Shown piece after piece: positions 9,391 to 17,291 of a stretch of 34,281 nt of DNA. The stretch spans positions 1 to 34,281 of the forward strand of contig CAZUNO010000026.1 in assembly GCA_964621445.1 (NCBI GenBank). Direction: 5' to 3'. The position numbers and the translations under genes are program-made. Under the pieces are notes generated by a model. That model saw nothing but the letters and a program-made list of their open reading frames with translations, did not search any database and was not told the DNA's origin. The first letter of the stretch is position 1. Every line of letters begins with the position of its first letter. This DNA comes from Candidatus Hadarchaeota archaeon. Lineage in GTDB: Archaea > CAYQAE01 > CAYVLA01.

Positions 9391-10395
9391 ATGACCGATA
9401 TTACAACTAGATACCTGGGCATGAAGCTCAAGAACCCGCTTGTGGCTTCATCTTCCCCGCTATGCCAGGACCTGGAGAAGATTGAGCAGATGGAGGAGGC
9501 AGGACTATCTGCAGTGGTTCTACATTCGTTATTCGAGGAGCAGATCAACATTGAGAGCGAGGAGCTGAACAGGTACCTGGTTCAGGGAACGGAGCGTTTT
9601 GCAGAGTCCTTGACCTACTTCCCAGAAATGGGCAGCTACAATATAGGGCCTGAGGAGTATCTCGATCACTTGAGTGAGGCCAGGGATGCGGTGGAGATAC
9701 CAGTTATCGCTAGTCTAAATGGAGTTTCCACCGGGGGCTGGGTAGAATATGCTGAGAAGATGGAGGAGGCCGGAGCCGACGCATTGGAACTCAACGCATA
9801 CTACATTCCCACGGATACGGGGATGGCGGGAAATGAGGTTGAGAAACTCTACGTTCAATTGGTATCCGAGATAAAGAGTAGGATAGCAATTCCCGTGGCC
9901 TTGAAGCTTTCACCCTATTTCAGCTCAATTCCAAATATGGCCTGGCGACTCGGCTCCAAAGAGGGGGTTGATGGGTTGGTTTTATTCAATCGTTTCTATC
10001 AACCGGATTTGGATGTGGAAAACCTGGAGGTTACTCCCAACCTGGTTCTTAGTACATCGCGGGAACTAAGATTGAGGGTTAGATGGGTGGCAATACTGTT
10101 CGAGAATATAGAGGCCGATATGGCGATCACCGGAGGGGTGCATACCGGGCGTGATGTAGTGAAGGCCATAATGGCAGGCGCCGATGTTGCCATGATGACT
10201 TCAGCCCTGTTGAAGAACGGTATTAAACATGCCAAAGTGGTCCTGGAATCATTCGTCGACTGGATGGAGGAACACGGTTACCAGTCGGTGCAGGATATGA
10301 GGGGAGTTCTTAGCCAAAGAGCGGTGGCGGAGCCGACTGCTTTCGAGCGGGCAAATTACATGAAGGTATTGCATTCATATGAGCCACCACGATAG
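9391..10395 (+). CDS. Dihydroorotate dehydrogenase-like FMN protein (NifJ-associated family)
   Basis: Real start ATG 9391 (MTDITTRYLGMKLKNPLVASSSPL), 1 nt after the PFOR stop. SLFEEQI, KLSPYF, LFNRFYQPD, TGGVH and FERANY motifs. Confidence 0.9.
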   Translation: MTDITTRYLGMKLKNPLVASSSPLCQDLEKIEQMEEAGLSAVVLHSLFEEQINIESEELNRYLVQGTERFAESLTYFPEMGSYNIGPEEYLDHLSEARDAVEIPVIASLNGVSTGGWVEYAEKMEEAGADALELNAYYIPTDTGMAGNEVEKLYVQLVSEIKSRIAIPVALKLSPYFSSIPNMAWRLGSKEGVDGLVLFNRFYQPDLDVENLEVTPNLVLSTSRELRLRVRWVAILFENIEADMAITGGVHTGRDVVKAIMAGADVAMMTSALLKNGIKHAKVVLESFVDWMEEHGYQSVQDMRGVLSQRAVAEPTAFERANYMKVLHSYEPPR

Positions 10396-10450
10396 TCGTT
10401 ACAGAATAACTCCCCCAAATTTGAAAGGCATACCCAAAATCCGGAACATT

Positions 10451-12046
10451 ATGAAGCTGTCACCACCGAAGATATACATTTTGATCCTTTTTCTACTAAC
10501 TCCGCTGTGTTATGCCTCCTCGGTTGAAATGGAATTATCGATGGAAATATGGGATAATGAAACCAAGATCTTGAGGCCTGGGGAGCATTCCATTAATCTA
10601 ACTCTATATAATGGGGAGGAGGTACCTATCCAAGATGGTGATCTGGAAGTCTCGCTTGGTTTACTACACCACGGAGAGATCTGGAACCGTTCCATGGATA
10701 TACCAATTATTGAGAAAGGAAAGGAGTTCAAGACCAATATTTCGATGTATATGGATGCCAGTGGGCTATACACGGTATCTGCAGCCTTCAAGTCAACTAA
10801 TTTCAGTACCCCGGCATCTTTGGATGTGCCGGTAAGCCTAACCACCGATAGATGGCAGGAATGGCGTACCAAGGCCAAGATCGAGAACAAGAGTCATCAT
10901 TTTTTAGCTTTCTATTATCCCTGGTATGGGAATCCAGAATATGGGACGGGCTGGTTTCACTGGGATCCTAACAACGAATACTCTTCCACCCATGTACCCC
11001 TGATTGGCTTTTATGATTCAAGATCGGAAAGGGTGATGGAATATCAAATAGGACTTGCTCAAAGCGTTGGCCTGGATGGTTTCATCTCTTCCTGGTGGGG
11101 CCCTGGAACCTTTACCGATAAGGCATTTGAGAAGTTGCTTCCGGTTGCAGAGGAGAGGGGGTTCAATGTCACGGTATATTTTGAGATAGCGAGTGATCTT
11201 CAGAATCTAATAGATCAACTTCGATACATCCTGACCAATTACGGGCACCATCCTGCTTTTATGAAGGTCGATGGGAAGCCTGTGATTTTCATATATGGCC
11301 GGGTCATGGGCCAATTTGAAATTGGGGAGTTCCGAGAGGCGTTCTCGAAGTTGGAGGATGAGGGTCTATATGGATTCTATATGGCTGACCGGCTGGATGT
11401 AAAATACCTGGAAGTATTTGATGGCCTCCATACCTACAGCCCTCTTAGAACTATGGATAAATATGGAGAGGTGAATAAGGGGTGTCAGGAGCTAAACAAG
11501 ACCTTTGCCGCGACCCTGGCTCCGGGATACGATGACACCATAATCAGAACTCCGGGACTGGTGGTTGACAGGGATAATGGAACCTATTACCGGGATGCAT
11601 GGGAGATTATCATGCTCACTGATCCGGAGTGGGTCTTAGTCACTTCCTGGAATGAGTGGCACGAGGGCAGCGAAATTGAACCCAGCCTAGAATTTGGGGA
11701 CAAGTACCTGAATCTCACCTCGAGATATTACCGGCTTTTCGAGGCGGGAAGGTTAACTCAGCGGCTTGAGGACAGGATGGAGGAGATCCAGAAGATGTTT
11801 TCTCACGCATCGAATTTGATAGCCCATGCTCGAGATGAGGGAATGGACACCCGAATAATGGAGCGTGACTACCATATCGCAGAAAGGGCCTGGGATAGAT
11901 TTGACTATGCGGTAACAAAGATGTATCTTCAGAGAATCATTGACCGGGAAACACAGGTAACTGATATGCCTTCATTGGGATTGGCTGCCCTGTTTGTGGT
12001 TTGTATTCTTGTTGAATTCTACACTGCTCCTATGGATCTGAGGTAA
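10451..12046 (+). CDS. Secreted, C-terminally anchored glycoside hydrolase family 99-like protein
   Basis: Signal peptide from ATG 10451 and beta-rich N-terminal domain. FYYPWYG, SWWG, PGYDD and SWNEWHEGSEIEP (GH99 catalytic ExxE) motifs. C-terminal hydrophobic helix. Confidence 0.85.
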   Translation: MKLSPPKIYILILFLLTPLCYASSVEMELSMEIWDNETKILRPGEHSINLTLYNGEEVPIQDGDLEVSLGLLHHGEIWNRSMDIPIIEKGKEFKTNISMYMDASGLYTVSAAFKSTNFSTPASLDVPVSLTTDRWQEWRTKAKIENKSHHFLAFYYPWYGNPEYGTGWFHWDPNNEYSSTHVPLIGFYDSRSERVMEYQIGLAQSVGLDGFISSWWGPGTFTDKAFEKLLPVAEERGFNVTVYFEIASDLQNLIDQLRYILTNYGHHPAFMKVDGKPVIFIYGRVMGQFEIGEFREAFSKLEDEGLYGFYMADRLDVKYLEVFDGLHTYSPLRTMDKYGEVNKGCQELNKTFAATLAPGYDDTIIRTPGLVVDRDNGTYYRDAWEIIMLTDPEWVLVTSWNEWHEGSEIEPSLEFGDKYLNLTSRYYRLFEAGRLTQRLEDRMEEIQKMFSHASNLIAHARDEGMDTRIMERDYHIAERAWDRFDYAVTKMYLQRIIDRETQVTDMPSLGLAALFVVCILVEFYTAPMDLR

Positions 12047-12792
12047 TACATTGAGTCTAGAATCCTCTGGTGGGTTTCCTCCAGGGTAAGGTCCTCACCG
12101 GCTATGCCCTCCATCTCGAAGGTGAAGGGACCATAAAATCCGACCTCGTTAAGCATCTGGAATACCTTGGGAAAATCAACTATACCTTTCCCTAAAGTCG
12201 GAAAGTGGTGGTCCTTATACCCCCCATTTGTATCCTTCAAGTGGACACTAGCCACGAAGTCAAGAACCTTGTTTAGCTCCTCAGTACCATCTATACCCTG
12301 ATTGTAATAGTAGATGTTTGCCGTGTCGAAATTTACACGGATGGCAGGATGATCCACTCCGTGCATGGTTTCCAACATCTGGTCAGCATTCCTGCACATG
12401 TTGGGATGGGTTTCCATGGAGATAGCGGCACCAATGTCCTGGGCGTGATCTCCAAGTGCCTGTAGCTTTCGATATGCATCATCCTTGCTGAGTTCCCCAG
12501 TACGTGTACTGCAGAATATCAGGCCAACATCCATTCTTCTGGCCGTATCAATAGTGGCTAAAAGTTGGTTGATCATTTCCTCATCATCAAGCTCGACATT
12601 GGTGGCCAGTGATGTGGCCGTGAGGCCGTGCCTATTTAGCTCTTCGATCTTCTCATTTACCTTATCGGTCTCGGGAGGACCTATCTCTACGTTGTATATT
12701 CCGGCTTTGGGTAGATACTCAAAGGCTTGATCCCTAAACTTACGGTATGAGGCTGGCCTTGAGGCAATGATGTTCTTACTCTCTTCGCTCAA
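12019..12792 (-). CDS. Sugar phosphate isomerase/epimerase (xylose-isomerase-like TIM barrel)
   Basis: METH, NFDTAN, VHLKD, LGKGIVDF and FEME metal-ligand motifs. Start TTG 12792 after GGAGAAGGGA, or ATG 12816. Confidence 0.88.
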   Translation of the reverse strand: MSEESKNIIASRPASYRKFRDQAFEYLPKAGIYNVEIGPPETDKVNEKIEELNRHGLTATSLATNVELDDEEMINQLLATIDTARRMDVGLIFCSTRTGELSKDDAYRKLQALGDHAQDIGAAISMETHPNMCRNADQMLETMHGVDHPAIRVNFDTANIYYYNQGIDGTEELNKVLDFVASVHLKDTNGGYKDHHFPTLGKGIVDFPKVFQMLNEVGFYGPFTFEMEGIAGEDLTLEETHQRILDSMYYLRSIGAV

Positions 12793-12905
12793 CGGTATCC
12801 CTTCTCCAGCGCCCATCCCAGGCGACGTGCTGAAAAATATGTTGTGGAACTGGTTCCTAGATTAGGAATATACATATTTGAGTGAGTTTGAATCTGGGTT
12901 AAGAT

Positions 12906-14450
12906 ATGAGCCGACCAAATATTCTTTTCCTATTGAGTGATGAGCATAGTTTTCGTTTCATGGGACACGTGTCCTCCAGCCAAGGTGGGGAACCTATAGA
13001 TACCCCGACCTTCGACAAGTTGGCTTCCGAGGGGACGGTGTTTACAAACTCCTACTGCCAGATGCCTCTTTGTACCCCCTCCCGTTTCTGTATACTAACT
13101 GGACTTGAAGTACGAAGATGTGGTGCCTGGACTAACAGAGCCGTGCTTCGCCCTGAATTGCCCACCATACCCGGGATCTTGGCTGTAAATGGATACGACA
13201 CATGTCTGATTGGAAAGATGCATCTCGGTGGTACGGTGCAATTTGCAGGGTTTCGGCACCGACCCTATGGTGACCTTAAGGGAAGGACCGGACACCAATG
13301 GGAGCCGCTGGACGAATCAGAAAAACACCACGGTATGCGTATGCGTACGCTGGGAGCCGGGGTTACCGAGATTCCAGAAAGTTTGATCCAGGACGAGATC
13401 GTTGCCCAGGAAACTGTCTCATTTCTACGGGAGCATCGAAACAGCAACCCCGACCAACCATGGTTCGTTTGTTCTTCCTTTTCCCGTCCTCACTTTCCCC
13501 TCACGGCACCACGTCGCCATTTCGAGCGCTATTGGCCCGAGGGTGTAACGGAGCCCATGGTCGTTTCTGAAGGTGATGCTTACAATCATCCAATGAGCAT
13601 TGGTATGCGGCGAGGTTTTAGGGCTGAAGAGATCTCCCACGATGAGATGATGAGAGCACGAGCAGGATATTTTGGAGCCGTTAGCTACCTGGATGAAGTT
13701 ATTGGCGACCTTCTGGTGCGCCTGGAAGGGGATGGTCTACTGGAAAACACCATAATTGTATATACCACTGATCATGGTGAAATGGCGGGGGAGCACGGAG
13801 TGTGGTGGAAAAACGGCTGGTATGAGGGATGCACACGTGTTCCATTGATCTTTTCGCTGCCCGAACAGCGAGGAGGAGAATTAGGGCAACATTCCTGTTC
13901 AACCCCCGTGGGCCTAACGGACCTATTTCCAACCCTTTGTACCCTTGCTGAAACGAAATTCCCGGGTAACCTGGATGGAATTGATCTCTCCCGCTCCATA
14001 AGAGGGGAGGTGGATCCGCTTAAAAGGCCAATATTCAGCGATGCCCTGACCCCCCGATGGGGGAAGGGGACCGAATTCAGGATGATTCGTTTAGGTGATT
14101 ATAAGTACGTACGTTTTAGAGATGCGGAGCCTCTATTCTTTAACTTGGAACTTGACCCAGGTGAACAGCATAATCTAATTGAGTCCGCTTCCGGAATGGA
14201 CAGAAAAGCGCTTGAAAAACTAAGAGAAATTGCCGAGTCATCCATCGATTTTGAGGAGGCAGAGAATGAACGTATGGTGCGGGATGGCGATCTTTCAAAC
14301 CAGTATGCCCAAGATCTCCCGAAAGCCACCGGTAACCTGTATATCATGCCATCTGGCAAATTGGTAAACGCCGACGATGTAATATACAATCCCACCGTCA
14401 TCAGCGACCCTGCCTCTGATGCCTTTGTGGATTTCCCCGAGGGAGATTAG
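12906..14450 (+). CDS. Sulfatase (formylglycine-dependent, choline-sulfatase-like)
   Basis: RPNILFLLSDEH, CTPSR signature, GKMH, PHFP, TDHGE and DPGEQHNL. Confidence 0.93.
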   Translation: MSRPNILFLLSDEHSFRFMGHVSSSQGGEPIDTPTFDKLASEGTVFTNSYCQMPLCTPSRFCILTGLEVRRCGAWTNRAVLRPELPTIPGILAVNGYDTCLIGKMHLGGTVQFAGFRHRPYGDLKGRTGHQWEPLDESEKHHGMRMRTLGAGVTEIPESLIQDEIVAQETVSFLREHRNSNPDQPWFVCSSFSRPHFPLTAPRRHFERYWPEGVTEPMVVSEGDAYNHPMSIGMRRGFRAEEISHDEMMRARAGYFGAVSYLDEVIGDLLVRLEGDGLLENTIIVYTTDHGEMAGEHGVWWKNGWYEGCTRVPLIFSLPEQRGGELGQHSCSTPVGLTDLFPTLCTLAETKFPGNLDGIDLSRSIRGEVDPLKRPIFSDALTPRWGKGTEFRMIRLGDYKYVRFRDAEPLFFNLELDPGEQHNLIESASGMDRKALEKLREIAESSIDFEEAENERMVRDGDLSNQYAQDLPKATGNLYIMPSGKLVNADDVIYNPTVISDPASDAFVDFPEGD

Positions 14451-14610
14451 AGCTACGGTTTTATCCCCTGATGGATTCGGGATCTTTTCCAGAGTTCATT
14501 TAGAAGGTCCAATAAGGGGCGCATGTAAGGGAAGCGAATATGTTATTGGCTTACAAAGCGGCGAAAACCGTTAAGTAATACCGAGTAGGTTAGCCACTTT
14601 GGGTATATGA

Positions 14611-15660
14611 ATGTCAGGAAATGAGATTGGCTTTGGAATAGTTGGCTGTGGCGTAATTGCTCCTTGGCACCGCGATGCCGTAAAGGAAACGGATGGTGCA
14701 AGGGTGGTGGCTTGCTGTGATGTAGATGAAGAGAAGGGCCTATCCTTTGCCAAGGAGAGCGGGGATATCTCCTTCTACAAGGATTATCACAAATTGGTAG
14801 AGGATCCAGAGGTGAATGCAGTTTGTGTATGCACCCCGTCTGGTCTCCACGGAGAGGTGACGGTTGCCGCTGCCGAGGCCGGGAAGCACGTGCTGTGTGA
14901 GAAGCCTATAGAGATAAAGACGGATAAGATAGACGAAATGATAGAAGCATGCAGTTCAAATGGTGTTAAACTGGCAAATGTTTTCCAGAGAAGGACCCAT
15001 GCGGCTTCAAGAAAGACGAAGAAAGCAATCGAGGAGGGCCTTCTGGGGAAGATGGTTTTGGGAGATATCTACCTAAAGTACTATCGATCACAATCATATT
15101 ATGATAGCGCAGGATGGCGGGGTACCTGGAAGCTTGATGGGGGAGGAGCCCTAATGAACCAGGGCGTACACGGCATAGACCTGGCCCTCTGGATAATGGG
15201 GGACGTGGTAACCGTGTATGGCCGGGCCGCGCACCTATTAAGGGACATAGAGGTGGAAGATACCGCCATAGCCCTTCTGGAGTATGAAAATGGTGCATGG
15301 GGCGTGCTAGAGGGGACCACCTCAGTGAATCCGGGTGAGACAACAAAGCTTTCTCTACATGGCAAAAAGGGTACCATAGTTCTCGAGGGCGAGGAGATAT
15401 CGAAGTGGGCGTACACCGAGGGTGAGGATGAAAAGGCAGAGGAACATGATATACAAGTCGATTCAGAGAAGGATGGAGCTGCCTCGGATCCTAAAGCCAT
15501 AGGTGCTGAGGGACATGTATTCCTGGTTCGTGACCTGGTAGATGCCATAAAGGAGGATAGAGATCCCTTCATCACCGGGGAAAGCGCCCGCAAGGCGGTT
15601 GAACTCATACTCGCTCTTTATGAGTCATCTAGCTCCGGTAAACCGGTTAACTTGAAATGA
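14611..15660 (+). CDS. Gfo/Idh/MocA family NAD(P)-dependent oxidoreductase
   Basis: GIVGCGVI Rossmann motif, HVLCEKP, GGGALMNQGVHGID and VED. Confidence 0.95.
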   Translation: MSGNEIGFGIVGCGVIAPWHRDAVKETDGARVVACCDVDEEKGLSFAKESGDISFYKDYHKLVEDPEVNAVCVCTPSGLHGEVTVAAAEAGKHVLCEKPIEIKTDKIDEMIEACSSNGVKLANVFQRRTHAASRKTKKAIEEGLLGKMVLGDIYLKYYRSQSYYDSAGWRGTWKLDGGGALMNQGVHGIDLALWIMGDVVTVYGRAAHLLRDIEVEDTAIALLEYENGAWGVLEGTTSVNPGETTKLSLHGKKGTIVLEGEEISKWAYTEGEDEKAEEHDIQVDSEKDGAASDPKAIGAEGHVFLVRDLVDAIKEDRDPFITGESARKAVELILALYESSSSGKPVNLK

Positions 15661-15686
15661 TAAGAGCTTGAAAGGCGAATTGAATA

Positions 15687-15693
15687 TTTATAA
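15687..15693 (+). promoter_or_regulatory. Archaeal TATA box (TTTATAA), probably leaderless transcript
   Basis: Located about 24 nt before ATG 15717, with no RBS in between. Confidence 0.55.
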
Positions 15694-15716
15694 GTTAATA
15701 AGGTCCCTAGGAACCG

Positions 15717-16448
15717 ATGAAAATCCCTAGATTCTTAGTCATTACTACGATAGCCATAGCTTGCCTGGCCGGTCTATACGTTACCTATGAGGTAACCAGC
15801 GCCAGCGAAACGGATTCCATGCCTGAGAGGCTGGGAAGTCTTGGTGAGCTGATAGACCCTCAGGAAAGCGTGTCCATGCGCGATATGGAGGCTTCGGAAT
15901 TAGATAACTTTCTCGCTTCGGTGGAGGGTCACCCGGCCTTTTTTGAGGCCGTGACATTCTTTATGGAGGAGAAGAATTTTCCCGGGTGGGATCTGGAGTC
16001 CCAGCAGGGACAGATCGCGGTTGTGGACGATCAAACGGTTAGCATTTGGTCATCGGAGACCAATCCGGTGAATGGTACCTATGGAGTGTTCATATTTGCC
16101 AGGGATGAGGATGGGAACCACCAGATTTGGAGGATGGTAACCAACATAGGTCAGAAGTCCATTGAGGGAGGGGACCCTCCGGTCTGCGACCTGCCGGTTT
16201 ACGTGTGGTCAAATGGAATGCCCGTGTACTTCGTATCGGTGTGGCATTGGATAGGGGGCCGATGGTTCCCTTATAATTATTGGTGGCATGATTCTCACAA
16301 CCATCCTAACTGGTACTATAGTTACTATAACCACTGGTGGTGGAGGCACTACTGGTATGGCTATGAATGGGCCCCCTGGTATAACTGGTACTATGCCTGG
16401 TTCTACTGGCGATACTTCAATTACTGGTCCACTTACTTCCCGTACTAG
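15717..16448 (+). CDS. Exported protein with Trp/Tyr/His-rich C-terminal domain (paralog A), unknown function
   Basis: Signal/anchor MKIPRFLVITTIAIACLAGLYV and acidic middle domain. The last 76 aa contain 16 W, 18 Y, 5 F and 6 H. Aligns with the adjacent paralog. Confidence 0.85.
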   Translation: MKIPRFLVITTIAIACLAGLYVTYEVTSASETDSMPERLGSLGELIDPQESVSMRDMEASELDNFLASVEGHPAFFEAVTFFMEEKNFPGWDLESQQGQIAVVDDQTVSIWSSETNPVNGTYGVFIFARDEDGNHQIWRMVTNIGQKSIEGGDPPVCDLPVYVWSNGMPVYFVSVWHWIGGRWFPYNYWWHDSHNHPNWYYSYYNHWWWRHYWYGYEWAPWYNWYYAWFYWRYFNYWSTYFPY

Positions 16449-16469
16449 GAGGGAAGGTGAGCTGGTAGA

Positions 16470-17273
16470 TTGCATTACAAATGGGCATCAAGACACAGGG
16501 GACTTCTGATTCTTGCCGTCATTTTAATCTCCGTGATCCTCGGGCTGTATGCGATTTATTCTTCCATTGCTAGTCCATTTTCTGAAGGAAGGGATGGACT
16601 GGGGGAGCTCTTAGAGGCGGGAGGTGACGGGAAGGTTTCCCTGTTAAACGGCTCCGAGGCCAGCGGGGTAATGGAGCTATTGAGGGGAACGGGGGAGTGG
16701 AATATGGCACTTGAGTATCTAATGTCAAAGGGGTTTGATGTCGATTCCCTGTATGTCGAATGCTACCGGGTCCAGCATATTGATATGATAATCAACCTCA
16801 GTCGGTCAATACTTACCGAGAAGGAAAATGGCAGCATAGCTGAGTTTGTCATTGCATCCGACCAAGCGGGAATGGTATCAGCCTGGATAATCATAACCAA
16901 CATTCCCCTAAAGAAGGTGAATGGAGGTAAAACGCCATCCAATCGGATACCGGTTCAAACGTTTAGCAATGGAATGCCAGTTTTCTACGTAAATTTCTAC
17001 CACCTTGTCAATGGCAAGTGGCTCAGTAGCAATTATTGGTGGCATAATTCTCACGATCATCCAAACTGGTACTACAGCCAATACGAATATTGGCATACGT
17101 ACTACAAGTGGCACGATATACCCTGGATTTCCTGGTACGACTGGTTCTTCTCCTGGTACTACGGGAATCGTTTCAATTATTGGTCCACGTGGTTTCCAAT
17201 TCAGGAACCAACCACCGAGGTAATTGGACTGGTACTCTTCATCAGCTTGATTTTCGCCCAGAGAAGGTTATAG
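16470..17273 (+). CDS. Exported protein with Trp/Tyr/His-rich domain and C-terminal anchor (paralog B), unknown function
   Basis: AGGTGA RBS at 16455-16460, TTG start and N-terminal TM. Shares SNGMPV, NYWWHxSHxHPNWYYS and FNYWST with paralog A. Ends IQEP + hydrophobic stretch + RR. Confidence 0.85.
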   Translation: MHYKWASRHRGLLILAVILISVILGLYAIYSSIASPFSEGRDGLGELLEAGGDGKVSLLNGSEASGVMELLRGTGEWNMALEYLMSKGFDVDSLYVECYRVQHIDMIINLSRSILTEKENGSIAEFVIASDQAGMVSAWIIITNIPLKKVNGGKTPSNRIPVQTFSNGMPVFYVNFYHLVNGKWLSSNYWWHNSHDHPNWYYSQYEYWHTYYKWHDIPWISWYDWFFSWYYGNRFNYWSTWFPIQEPTTEVIGLVLFISLIFAQRRL

Positions 17274-17291
17274 CGGGCATATATCCCACAT

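Noticed and set aside
16275-17200. Diversity-generating retroelement TR/VR pair suggested by the similar 3' ends of the two paralogs
   Set aside because: Differences are not adenine-specific (many third-position C/T changes and whole-codon changes), both copies are coding, and no reverse transcriptase is in the window.
16288-17223. Thr/Gly-rich ORFs 16288-16509 and 17005-17223 resembling mucin- or collagen-like peptides
   Set aside because: They are +1 shadows of TGG/TAC-rich codons. They lack RBS and signal peptide, and the synonymous pattern favours the Trp/Tyr frame.
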